A stretch of 41,937 bases of DNA from a virus. Both the position numbers and the translations under genes were made by a program. Under the pieces are notes generated by a model. The model was not told the DNA's origin. It saw only the letters and a list, made by a program, of their open reading frames with translations, and made no database searches. The stretch is taken from the IMG/VR virus record IMGVR_UViG_3300031110_000003, positions 1 through 41,937 of that record; one strand, 5' to 3'. Below, in pieces: positions 14,962 to 23,881 of this stretch (its first letter is position 1; every line of letters begins with the position of its first letter).

Positions 14962-15575
14962 CATTATTGTCGATTGTTCAGGACGTAGCAAAAAACGTTG
15001 GCCTGACGCCACCAAATACGGCGCAGTCAGATGATCCAGACGCGATCAAACTTGTGCAGTTCGTCAATGAAACAGGCTTGGAACTGTCCCGCCGTGTGAA
15101 CTGGAATGCACTGACATTTGTGCATCGAGTGACAGCGACAGGCCTTGACCAGAAATATGCTCTCCCTGCTGATTTCAGCAGGCTATCTGATGGCCTTTGC
15201 GTGAACTGTGATGGCACTCCGGTGCGCGGTGGCCTTACGGCAGATGAATGGTTTTCACTGACGCCTGAAGAAGGTGATCCAAGGTTTTTCCGGTTGCTCG
15301 GCAAATCACTGGGGGTTTATCCGTATCCAGAAGTTAGTCAGCTGCTGGCGGTTTCCTACATTTCGTCGCAATGGGCACATGATGTTTCCAATCATGGCAT
15401 TGTTGAAATGTCGAAAGACAACGACGAGGCGTTGATCCCATCCGCGCTGATCGCGCGTGGCGCAGTCTGGCGGTTTCTACGCCATGTTGGCAAGGATTTC
15501 AGCGATCATCTTGCTGAGTATGAAGCAATGTTGCTCGATCACGCTAATGCAGAGGCAGGAGAGCGTCAGCCATGA
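14958..15575 (+). CDS. Hypothetical neck/tail structural protein (205 aa)
   Basis: ATGA overlap with the previous gene and an AGGAG SD. No domain recognised. Confidence 0.6.
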   Translation: MTLLSIVQDVAKNVGLTPPNTAQSDDPDAIKLVQFVNETGLELSRRVNWNALTFVHRVTATGLDQKYALPADFSRLSDGLCVNCDGTPVRGGLTADEWFSLTPEEGDPRFFRLLGKSLGVYPYPEVSQLLAVSYISSQWAHDVSNHGIVEMSKDNDEALIPSALIARGAVWRFLRHVGKDFSDHLAEYEAMLLDHANAEAGERQP

Positions 15576-17155
15576 CAGTTCGCCCTGGACGCGCTGATGT
15601 TCGCCCAACTGCACAGAAGCCAAAAACGCAGCAGGCCTATTCGTGGCCGTCGCCTACGCTCGGTTGGGTGGCAAATGCAAATATAGCCATGTCACAGCCG
15701 ATGGCTGCCTATTTTATGGAAAATTGGCTCCCGACAGCAACAGGCATAATCATGCGTCGAGGCTGCGAAACCTTTAAAACCATCGGCAGCCAGCCAGTAA
15801 GGGCCATGTTTTCGTATGTGGCTGGCAATCTGCGCAAGCTGTTTGCGGCGGACGATACCGGCATATTCGACATAACGAGCGTTGTCTCAGAAGCGCATCC
15901 ATGCACGAATGGAGATTGGAAAACAGCGCAATATCAGTCCTCGGATGGCGTGATTTACATTCGAGGCGTCAACGGAATTGACACTCCATTTCTGTTTAAT
16001 GGATCAAGTTTCAGCGATACGCCCGCTCTTACGTTTCCATCAGGCTCAACGGCTGAGCCAGAGGATATGGCAAGCACTTGGGTTTATAAGAATCGCTTCT
16101 GGTTCATCCAGAAAGAGACGATGGATGCGTGGTATCTGCCTGTCGGTCAGATTGGTGGAGAGTTAAAAAAATTCTCTCTCGGCGGGCAATTCAAGTTCGG
16201 CGGAGCGCTTTTGATGGGCGCTACATGGTCGCGAGATACCGGCTCTGGCATGAACGCTATGTGCGCATTCTTCACTACTGAGGGTGAAGTCGCGATTTAT
16301 CAGGGCGATGATCCGGCAGAAATAGCGACTTGGTCACTGGTCGGTGTCTACCGCATTGGCAAGCCACTCGGCCCAAAAACTATGGTCGATGCTGGCGGAG
16401 ATCTGATAACCGCGACAGACGTTGGGTTTATTCCGCTCTCAACAGCCTTGCAGACAGATTTTTCCATCCTTGGTAACGCTGCTCTCTCTGACAGTATTGT
16501 GGATGCGTGGAAAACAGAGGTTCAGGTCCGCAATTTCGCGCCGTGGAATGTTGCTTTCTGGACGAAGCAGCAGCTTGTTATTGTCGCTCTTCCAACAATA
16601 GAAGGCGAAGACGCTACATGGTGGGTTGTGAATGCCAGAACAAAGGCATGGGCACCGTTGCGCAACTGGGATGCAACCTGCATTCAGATTTTTGAGGATC
16701 GTTGTTTCTACGGCACCAAAGACGGCGAAATCGTTGAAGCGAACGTAGGCGGGACAGATAAGGGTCAGACCTATACGTCAACCTGCATCCCCATGTTTGA
16801 CCAGATGGGAGCGGCGGGGCGTAAGGAAGTCTCGATGCTCCGTGCTGTTTTGCGTGGACCATATGCGGTCAATGATAAGCTTTCTGTTCAGTCAGACTAT
16901 TCCATTCGCATTCCAGCGCCTCCAAGCGCTGCTGCCGTTCAAGGCCAAGGCTTATGGGGCGGAGCTGACTGGGGAACGGATAACTGGGCGCAGGCCGGAA
17001 CTGACCGCGAGGTATATCAGCGCTGGCGTTCAGCGTTCGGCAGCGGTGAGGTTCATGCGCCGTGTCTCCAGATCACAAGCGGTGCTATCGCACCTTTGGA
17101 CGCTGAACTGATCAGGCTTGATGCAACGTTCACTCTTGGCGAGATTGTCACTTGA
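15572..17155 (+). CDS. Large virion structural protein, possibly tail hub/nozzle (527 aa)
   Basis: ATGA overlap. Called from size and position downstream of the neck genes in a genome that lacks tube, sheath and tape-measure genes. The function is positional inference. Confidence 0.6.
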   Translation: MTVRPGRADVRPTAQKPKTQQAYSWPSPTLGWVANANIAMSQPMAAYFMENWLPTATGIIMRRGCETFKTIGSQPVRAMFSYVAGNLRKLFAADDTGIFDITSVVSEAHPCTNGDWKTAQYQSSDGVIYIRGVNGIDTPFLFNGSSFSDTPALTFPSGSTAEPEDMASTWVYKNRFWFIQKETMDAWYLPVGQIGGELKKFSLGGQFKFGGALLMGATWSRDTGSGMNAMCAFFTTEGEVAIYQGDDPAEIATWSLVGVYRIGKPLGPKTMVDAGGDLITATDVGFIPLSTALQTDFSILGNAALSDSIVDAWKTEVQVRNFAPWNVAFWTKQQLVIVALPTIEGEDATWWVVNARTKAWAPLRNWDATCIQIFEDRCFYGTKDGEIVEANVGGTDKGQTYTSTCIPMFDQMGAAGRKEVSMLRAVLRGPYAVNDKLSVQSDYSIRIPAPPSAAAVQGQGLWGGADWGTDNWAQAGTDREVYQRWRSAFGSGEVHAPCLQITSGAIAPLDAELIRLDATFTLGEIVT

Positions 17156-17595
17156 ACATTATCTGGGCTGGTTCAGCTAACCCCGATTTAAACCGTGCGC
17201 TCGGAACGTGGTGCGCTCAGCAGATCGGCATGCCTCGACCATTTGAAGAGCCATACACGACTATGGGCGTGATGGATGGCACCGAACTTACGGCGGTAAT
17301 CCTCTACAATAATTACCAGCCAGAAGCAGGTGTTATTGAGTTTCATGGTGCGAGCACGACAGCCCGATGGCTTACCAAACCCGTTCTCGATGCGATGTTT
17401 GATTATCCGTTTGAGCAAATCGGCTGCCAGATGGTCGTTACGCGAAACTCAGCGAAAAACAACAGACTGAAACGCGTGCTTTCGGCTTATGGGTTTGAAC
17501 ACGTGACGATTCCCCGACTGCGTGGGCGGGATGAAGATGAGCGCATATTCTGGCTGTCAGACGATGCGTGGCGCAGCAACAAATTCAACAGGTAG
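17152..17595 (+). CDS. GNAT-like acetyltransferase embedded in the virion module (147 aa)
   Basis: ...ARWLTKPVLDAMFDYPFEQIGCQMVVTRNSAKNNRLKRVLSAYGFEHV... resembles the RimJ/RimL-type GNAT core (...yaF..lg..ri...v...N..s.r.lek.GF). The annotated start is TTG, and internal ATG starts are possible. Confidence 0.45.
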   Translation: MNIIWAGSANPDLNRALGTWCAQQIGMPRPFEEPYTTMGVMDGTELTAVILYNNYQPEAGVIEFHGASTTARWLTKPVLDAMFDYPFEQIGCQMVVTRNSAKNNRLKRVLSAYGFEHVTIPRLRGRDEDERIFWLSDDAWRSNKFNR

Positions 17596-18616
17596 GTGTA
17601 TTATCGGCAAGCCAAAGGCACCCAAAGCCCCCGATCCAAAAGAAACTGCTGCTGCCAGCACGTCAACGAACGTAGGCACAGCTATTGCCAATGCATATCT
17701 TGGCAATGTCAATCAAATCACTCCTGATGGAAGCCTGACTTATAGCCAGACTGGTACGCATCAATGGAAAGATCCTTACACCGGCAAGACATATGATGTT
17801 CCGACTTTCACAGCCGAGCAGAAGTTGTCTGAGCAGCAGCAGGCCATCAAAAATCAGACAGATGGTGCCGAGCTAAATCTTGCAGGCTTAGCTAATCAGC
17901 AGTCTGGCATGCTCAAAGACTATATGAGTAAGCCGTTCGAATATAATAATCAGGACGTTGAGAATTGGGCTTATGACCTCGGATCACAACGGCTTGATCC
18001 TCGTATGGCAAAAGAGGAAGAGGCGCTTCGTTCACGACTTCTAAACTCTGGCGTTCGTGAAGGCTCGGATGCATGGAATTCTGAAATGTCTCGCATGGGA
18101 CAGAATAAGAATGATGCTTACAACCAACTCATGCTTCAAGGCCGCAGTCAGGCCATGCAGGAAGCGCTGGCAACCCGTAATCAGCCAATCAATGAGATTA
18201 CGGCGCTTCTTTCCGGTTCTCAGGTTTCACAGCCAAATTTTGTTAACTCGAATATGCCGACGATACCGACAACTGACACGGCAGGCATTATCAACCAGAA
18301 CTATCAGAACCAGATGGCGGCCTATCAGCAAAAGCAGGCGGGTCTTGGTGGCTTGTTCTCTGGCATTGGCAGCCTTGCGGGCGGCTTGATAGGGCTTTCA
18401 GATGACAAGACGAAGAAAAACAAGAAACGCCACGGTGACGTGGACGGCGAAATGGGCCTCTGGTCGTTCAACTATAAGGACGAGCCAGCGGGCACACCAA
18501 AGCATGTCGGCTTGATGGCCTCCGAGGTCCAAAAAGAGAAGCCGTCTGCCGTGATCAAAAAGAACGGTGTTCGCTATGTCGATTACGGCAAAGCCCTTGG
18601 TTTGATGGGAGTGTAA
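17564..18616 (+). CDS. Virion protein with a C-terminal S74-type intramolecular chaperone (auto-cleaving) domain; start uncertain
   Basis: The C-terminus LSDDKTKKNKKRHG...GLWSFNYKDEP...HVGLMASEVQKEKPSAVIKKNGVRYVDYGKAL matches the SD..K.N...Y.F.Y...H.G..AQEV...P.AV...VDY pattern. The N-terminal KPKAPKAPDPKE region begins just after the GNAT stop, where there is no canonical start codon. Confidence 0.65.
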   Translation: MRGAATNSTGRCIIGKPKAPKAPDPKETAAASTSTNVGTAIANAYLGNVNQITPDGSLTYSQTGTHQWKDPYTGKTYDVPTFTAEQKLSEQQQAIKNQTDGAELNLAGLANQQSGMLKDYMSKPFEYNNQDVENWAYDLGSQRLDPRMAKEEEALRSRLLNSGVREGSDAWNSEMSRMGQNKNDAYNQLMLQGRSQAMQEALATRNQPINEITALLSGSQVSQPNFVNSNMPTIPTTDTAGIINQNYQNQMAAYQQKQAGLGGLFSGIGSLAGGLIGLSDDKTKKNKKRHGDVDGEMGLWSFNYKDEPAGTPKHVGLMASEVQKEKPSAVIKKNGVRYVDYGKALGLMGV

Positions 18617-18617
18617 T

Positions 18618-20939
18618 ATGGCTGGCGGCTTTATTTTCGACACCTCGAAAGGTGAAACTCCTGAAACTGTTGCTCGAAAGCGTGCCCTAGCTGATGCTAT
18701 AATGGGCCGCATCGGCTCTCGCGGGGCCAATAATGTTGGCGAGGGTATCGGCAATGCTCTCTCTTCCATTGGTCAAGGTATTCAGGCCAATGTGCTTGGT
18801 CGTAGAGCAGATAGTGCTGCCGCTGCTGGTCAGGCTGAGGGCAACAGCGTTTTTAATAGCCTGATCTCATCCATGACGGGCGGTGCGGGCTTTCCTTCAT
18901 CAGTTGCTGCTGGCGCTTCACCTACGAGCGCCGCCGCCACCGGCACGAAGACTTATTCACCAAACGGCACTGCGCTGCGTGATGGAATCATCGAGACAGC
19001 TAAAGCCATTGGTGCTGATCCATTGGATTTGGCGACCGCTATTTCATATGAGACGGGCGGCACATTTGATCCTTTGAAGAAAGGACCGACAACGAAGTAC
19101 GGGCAGCATCGCGGTTTGATCCAGTTTGGTGAGCCGCAGGCGCAGCAACATGGTGTGAACTGGGGTGATCCGCTTGGCTCTCAGCTTGGTGCTAACGGAG
19201 CGGTTGCCAACTATTTCCGCTCGTCAGGATTTAAGCCGGGAATGAGCGGACTTGATCTGTATTCGACTATCAATGCAGGTTCTCCGGGGCGCTATTCTGC
19301 CAGCGACGAAAACAATGGCGGCGCGAAGGGGAATGTTGCCGACAAATGGAACAACCAAATGGGCGGGCATCGTCAGAAGGCGCTTGCCTTGCTCGGTGGA
19401 GGTTCGCAAGGTGTGGACTATACGCCAACAAATTCAATCCCCGCGCAAACACCACAGCAAGCAATTCAGTCGGTTTCACCTGTAGCTGACCCAGACGGCC
19501 TATTTGCGCCGGGGGCTGACGTTACAGAGGCTGATTTGGCTTTTGCACGACAGGCAACAGGGCCAGAGGCTCCCGCTTCAGGTGGCGCAACGTTCGGCGG
19601 GCCTGAATTGGTGTATGACGGCAAGGGAATGCGCTATGTTGATGAAGGTGCGCAGCGCGCCGCCAATCCACCTATGCCTTATAACGGGGTGGGTGCATCC
19701 ATTGACGGATACGCCGCACCCACGCCAGCCCAAGCCAATTTCAATGACCGGTGGAGCGCAGGTGCGGTTGATCCGACACAAACCGCAAGCATTCCGGGTG
19801 CAACGCCGCCTCCAGCGCAAATGCAGCCGCAAGGTGGACCATCGCCGGAACTCCTGCGCCAAAATGACATGATGCTCGGCGGTGCGCTCGCTCCGCAAGG
19901 ACAGGCACCACAGCAGGCGGCTAATACATCCGGCTTCTTTCCTGCCGCGCCAAGCCAGAATGCACCACAACAAGTGCCGCAACAGAGCAATGATCGGCTC
20001 CAGTCGCTTATGCGTGCAGCGTCTAATCCTTGGGTCCAGCCTGAACAGCGGGCAATAATCAACACTCTCATCCAGCAGGAAATGCAGAACCAAGACCCAT
20101 TACGCCAGCTTCAAATGCGGAAGTTGCAGGGTGAATTAAACGCAGCGCCGGAACGCAAGACGACTACTATTAATGGCAATCTTGTGGATACACAGAATGG
20201 TCAGGTAATCGCGAATTTCCCTGATCAGGTGAAGCCAACCGGCGACATGCAAGAATACGAGTACGCCAAGCAGCAGGGCTATCAGGGGTCTTTTGCAGAT
20301 TACCAGCAGTCGATGAAAAAAGCTGGCGCGAATAGTACGAATGTGACCGTTGGTGAAGGCGACAAATTCTATGAAGCCCTCGACAAAAAGAACGCCGATA
20401 CATTTGCGGCTCTTTCTGATACCGGCATTCAGGCACGTTCGAAACTTGCACAAATCGAGCGGCTTGGCGGCTTAATGCAAGCATCACCATCGGGCGCAAC
20501 TGCTGCCCTTAAATTAGCGGCTGGTGAGTATGGCCTTAAGACAGAAGGCCTTGACGACCTGCAAGCAACGCAAGCGCTGATCAATGAACTTGTTCCGCAG
20601 CAGCGCCAGCCGGGGTCGGGTCCAATGTCTGATGCTGATCTGGCTCTATTCAAGCAGTCTTTGCCACGCATCATCAATACCGCGGATGGCAACAGCCTCA
20701 TTCTTGATACTATGCGGGGGATCACCCAGTATCAAATGCAGATGGGCGATATTGCTGATCGAGTTGCTAACCGTGAAATTTCAGCCGCAAAGGGGCGTGA
20801 CGAGATTAAAAATCTGAAAAACCCGTTGGAAGGGTTTCGTACTTCGACGAAGGATAAGTCGGATAACGTTCCGTCTGGCGTGGATAAAACTATTTGGGAC
20901 GTCATGACACCAGAGGAGCGGGCGCTATGGCAGAACTGA
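18618..20939 (+). CDS. Internal virion/ejection protein with a lytic transglycosylase-like domain (773 aa)
   Basis: AISYETGGTFDPLKKGPTTKYGQHRGLIQFG is an SLT-type motif (catalytic E, GLMQ-like). A long Gln/Pro/Ala-rich linker (about 19400-20100) is followed by a helical C-terminal half. Confidence 0.7.
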   Translation: MAGGFIFDTSKGETPETVARKRALADAIMGRIGSRGANNVGEGIGNALSSIGQGIQANVLGRRADSAAAAGQAEGNSVFNSLISSMTGGAGFPSSVAAGASPTSAAATGTKTYSPNGTALRDGIIETAKAIGADPLDLATAISYETGGTFDPLKKGPTTKYGQHRGLIQFGEPQAQQHGVNWGDPLGSQLGANGAVANYFRSSGFKPGMSGLDLYSTINAGSPGRYSASDENNGGAKGNVADKWNNQMGGHRQKALALLGGGSQGVDYTPTNSIPAQTPQQAIQSVSPVADPDGLFAPGADVTEADLAFARQATGPEAPASGGATFGGPELVYDGKGMRYVDEGAQRAANPPMPYNGVGASIDGYAAPTPAQANFNDRWSAGAVDPTQTASIPGATPPPAQMQPQGGPSPELLRQNDMMLGGALAPQGQAPQQAANTSGFFPAAPSQNAPQQVPQQSNDRLQSLMRAASNPWVQPEQRAIINTLIQQEMQNQDPLRQLQMRKLQGELNAAPERKTTTINGNLVDTQNGQVIANFPDQVKPTGDMQEYEYAKQQGYQGSFADYQQSMKKAGANSTNVTVGEGDKFYEALDKKNADTFAALSDTGIQARSKLAQIERLGGLMQASPSGATAALKLAAGEYGLKTEGLDDLQATQALINELVPQQRQPGSGPMSDADLALFKQSLPRIINTADGNSLILDTMRGITQYQMQMGDIADRVANREISAAKGRDEIKNLKNPLEGFRTSTKDKSDNVPSGVDKTIWDVMTPEERALWQN

Positions 20940-22465
20940 CAATAGAGCAAAAGCGTGCCATGGCTACAGCATCGGCGCGACTGCGACTTCAATCTGCTAG
21001 GCCTATTGAACCTTCACTAGATGGTTGGTCTGTGGCTGATCAGGCGGACAAGATCGAGGCGGCGCGTCAACCGGGTGCCTTCACGGATGCGACAGATAGC
21101 ATTTTGCAGGGCATCCCGTTCGGTGACGAAATTGTCTCCGGCGCTATGGCTCCATTCAAAGCAGGCATCAGTGCAATTCAGGGCGAAGGCTTTGACATAG
21201 GACGTGAATATAACCGTTCTATGGATTTGGAAGAGGAAATGCGCCGCCGTCGTGAAGACCGATCCCCTGTCGCGTCTACAGTCGGTAGCATTGCTGGTGG
21301 GCTTGGTGTTGGCGGTGTGGCAGCAAAAAGCGGCATGACGCTACTCAATGGTGCGAAGCCTACACTTCTCTCAATGGGTGGACGTGGCGCAGCGGAGGGC
21401 GCTTTGTGGGGCGCAGCTTATGGCGCTGGCGAAGGGCGAGGGCTTAATGATCGGGCATTTAACGCGGCCACCGGGGCGGGCTTTGGAGCTGCTTTAGGTG
21501 GCGCAACCGGATCGTTGGCGCGCATTGGTGCGAACAAAGTTGACACTTCTGCTTTGCCGAATGCGGATGATCTGAAAACCGCCGCTCAAGCCGCATATCA
21601 ACGTGCGGATGACGCCGGGGTTGTCTATTCATCTAATGCAATGAAACGCATTCGTGACCAGCTTTTGGGCGACTTCACAGACTTCGGCTATCATCCCGAG
21701 CTGCAATCTGGCGCAAAGGTCGCCTTTAATGAAATTGACCGGCTTGCGGGTCAGAATGTCACCCTCAAAGGAATGGACACTGCACGCAAAATAGCCGGGA
21801 ACGCCTTTCAGCCAGGGAACAAGTCAAACAACGCTCTGACCGGGAAAATAACAACCGCGCTTGATGATTTAATTGCTAACCCACAGGCTGGGGATATTAT
21901 ATCTGGGAATGCGTCTGCCGCTTCTGGTGCAATCAAAGAGGCGAGAGGCTTTTATGGTCAAGCTCGCAAGCTTGAGACAGTCAACGGTTTGATGGAGCGA
22001 GCGGGGCTTAGAGCCGCGTCAACAGGTTCGGGTGCAAATGTTGAGAACGCTACTCGTCAAGAACTGCGTAAAATCCTAACGTCCGACAAGATGAAGCGCG
22101 GCTTCACTAAGCCGGAATTGGAAGCCTTGAAAGAGGCCGTGATAGGCACACCAACGCAGAATGCATTGCGGGCCATTGGCAAATTTGCACCTTCTGGCGT
22201 TGTGTCTGGCGGCGTTGGAGCTTCGACAGGCGGCTTTCTTGGTAATCTTATCGGAGGTCCAGTAGGCGGAGCGATTGGAGCGGTCGGCCTCCCTGCCATA
22301 GGTTTTGGCGCAAAGGCCGCAGCAGATGCCGGGGCCAGAAGCAGCGCTCGAATGCTTGAGGCGTTGATTGCATCAGGCGGTAAATTGCCTCAAGCGCAGT
22401 TAAGCGGTACGAAAAAGGCCCTTATTGACCTGATAACTCGATCTGGCGTTGTTGCTGCTCTGTAG
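20927..22465 (+). CDS. Internal virion/ejection protein with Gly/Ala-rich membrane-like segments (512 aa)
   Basis: GGAGCGG SD at 20915. Repeated GxxxG-rich hydrophobic stretches include VGSIAGGLGVGGVAA, GAAYGAGEG and GGFLGNLIGGPVGGAIGAVGLPAIGFGA. Confidence 0.7.
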   Translation: MAELTIEQKRAMATASARLRLQSARPIEPSLDGWSVADQADKIEAARQPGAFTDATDSILQGIPFGDEIVSGAMAPFKAGISAIQGEGFDIGREYNRSMDLEEEMRRRREDRSPVASTVGSIAGGLGVGGVAAKSGMTLLNGAKPTLLSMGGRGAAEGALWGAAYGAGEGRGLNDRAFNAATGAGFGAALGGATGSLARIGANKVDTSALPNADDLKTAAQAAYQRADDAGVVYSSNAMKRIRDQLLGDFTDFGYHPELQSGAKVAFNEIDRLAGQNVTLKGMDTARKIAGNAFQPGNKSNNALTGKITTALDDLIANPQAGDIISGNASAASGAIKEARGFYGQARKLETVNGLMERAGLRAASTGSGANVENATRQELRKILTSDKMKRGFTKPELEALKEAVIGTPTQNALRAIGKFAPSGVVSGGVGASTGGFLGNLIGGPVGGAIGAVGLPAIGFGAKAAADAGARSSARMLEALIASGGKLPQAQLSGTKKALIDLITRSGVVAAL

Positions 22466-22631
22466 AACAGAAATCGATCCCGGAGCAGAGCGCTTCACCA
22501 ATCCAATACCGAGCGGGTTTGGCCAATACCACCACACAAAAAATCACAAACGCCATCTGTATAAAAAACGGCTTGGCGTTTGCCCCGAAGAACGGGCGCT
22601 TTTCATTCGGATTGTGGTCGATCTGCTTCAT
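22422..22631 (-). CDS. Small single-pass membrane protein (69 aa), second gene of an antisense two-gene unit
   Basis: Its ATG overlaps the lipoprotein stop (TAATG at 22633-22629). TM segment is FFIQMAFVIFCVVVLA. It overlaps the 3' end of the convergent ejection-protein gene by 44 nt. Confidence 0.5.
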   Translation of the reverse strand: MKQIDHNPNEKRPFFGANAKPFFIQMAFVIFCVVVLAKPARYWIGEALCSGIDFCSTEQQQRQIELSGQ

Positions 22632-22972
22632 TAATAGCAATTCGTGGTGGTTGTGGTGCCGTAGGTATTGCTGTTGCATGTCACACGCCGGTTAGCGTTC
22701 TGCTGCATCGCGTTTCCGTAAGATTGACCTGCACCAGCAAATCCCGCTGCTGCTCTCTGATAGGCAGATCGGTGATTACGCTCTCGCTGATCGGTCTTAA
22801 ACATGCGGCACTGCATATACGGGGTGCTTCCTGGCTTGGCTCCAATGGAACGGCAGTATTCATCGTCCATTTGAGCTAACTTTTCTTTGCCGATCATGGC
22901 ATCGCCAACTGGTGTTCCCTGACACGCACTCAACGAAATAACTGCCGCAGCAGCAAACAATAAAACCTTCAT
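22631..22972 (-). CDS. Lipoprotein (113 aa), encoded antisense to the late operon
   Basis: The signal peptide plus lipobox MKVLLFAAAAVISLSAC is clear. The mature part carries cysteines (CRSIG...YMQCRM...CNSN...NCY). Confidence 0.75.
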   Translation of the reverse strand: MKVLLFAAAAVISLSACQGTPVGDAMIGKEKLAQMDDEYCRSIGAKPGSTPYMQCRMFKTDQRERNHRSAYQRAAAGFAGAGQSYGNAMQQNANRRVTCNSNTYGTTTTTNCY

Positions 22973-23029
22973 CCCAATCCCTATCTATCGCCGACGATAG
23001 AATAGACGAAGATTATTCAAGTTAAAAGC

Positions 23030-23057
23030 AGGCCGCTCCGTTTGGGGCGGCTTTTTT
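23030..23057 (+). terminator. Hairpin plus T6 between the antisense lipoprotein unit and the tail-fibre genes
   Basis: gccgctcc (23032-23039) gttt ggggcggc (23044-23051) with one G-U pair, followed by tttttt. An A-rich left flank makes it weakly bidirectional. Confidence 0.6.
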
Positions 23058-23071
23058 ATTGGAGAAAGCCT

Positions 23072-23872
23072 ATGCCTTACGATGCATTGGGGAACTTCTC
23101 GCTTGTTTCAGGCTATTTGGCCGTAACAGGACAGAAGGTATTGCCGTCCAATCACAACCCGCCGCTGGAAGATATAGGCAGTGCGCTCAGTCAGGTGTTG
23201 CTGCGATCAGGCGCGGCCCCAATGACTGGCGATATCAATATGAATGGCTTTCGTTTGATCGATTTGCCGAATGCAACACTCCCCGGGCATGCGGTTGCCT
23301 ATCGTCAGTTTGCTGGAATATTGCCAGTTGGAACTATCCTTGACTACGCAGGGGCTGCCGCGCCGACAGGCTTTATGTTTTGCGCAGGACAGTCAGTGAA
23401 GCGGGTTGATTTCCCGGAACTATTTGCGGCCATTGGCACCGCCTTCGGTGCGGGTGACGGGTCTACAACGTTTCTCTTGCCTGATGCGCGTGGTCGCGTG
23501 ACAGCCGCCAAGGACGACATGGGCGGGACAGACGCACAAAGGCTCTCATTCTTCGCCGCTGCTGCAAAGACTATAGGCGGTGTTTTTGGCGTTGCATCAC
23601 ATGTTCTGACGCTTGGTCAGATGCCAAAGCATGACCATACGGGCAAGGTTGGCGCAGCGGGAAAGCACCGCCACACGATAGCAAATATGGGGCTTTGGAC
23701 TTCTGATGGCAGCACTTCTGTTCGTTCGTGGGGTCAGACTGGCCAGACCCTTAATACGGACGAAGCTCCGGATCATGATCACACCATTCCCAGTCAAGGT
23801 GCTGATGAAGCTCACACAAACGCGCAGCCAACTCTCATCATTAACAAAATCATCCGCGTTTTTCCGGTTTAA
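23072..23872 (+). CDS. Tail fibre protein with a phage tail-collar domain (266 aa)
   Basis: GTILDYAGAAAPTGFMFCAGQSVKRVDFPELFAAIGTAFGAGDGSTTFLLPDARGRV is the classic tail-collar motif. GGAGA SD. Confidence 0.85.
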   Translation: MPYDALGNFSLVSGYLAVTGQKVLPSNHNPPLEDIGSALSQVLLRSGAAPMTGDINMNGFRLIDLPNATLPGHAVAYRQFAGILPVGTILDYAGAAAPTGFMFCAGQSVKRVDFPELFAAIGTAFGAGDGSTTFLLPDARGRVTAAKDDMGGTDAQRLSFFAAAAKTIGGVFGVASHVLTLGQMPKHDHTGKVGAAGKHRHTIANMGLWTSDGSTSVRSWGQTGQTLNTDEAPDHDHTIPSQGADEAHTNAQPTLIINKIIRVFPV

Positions 23873-23881
23873 GGAGGGGGC

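Noticed and set aside
19578-20093. Minus-strand ORFs (171 aa, 130 aa) and the plus-strand 122-aa ORF in the 19.5-20.1 kb region
   Set aside because: They lie in the low-complexity Pro/Gln/Ala linker of the 773-aa protein. Low-complexity GC-rich DNA keeps several frames open by chance.
18618-20939. Tape-measure protein
   Set aside because: The size would fit, but there are no tail tube, sheath or chaperone-frameshift genes. The protein also carries an SLT-like muralytic motif typical of podovirus internal/ejection proteins. This judgement remains provisional.
22449-22879. Plus-strand ORFs (61 aa, 99 aa) opposite the lipoprotein unit
   Set aside because: They have Arg/Cys/His-rich composition and no start signals. 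The minus strand encodes a textbook lipobox protein with a coupled partner.
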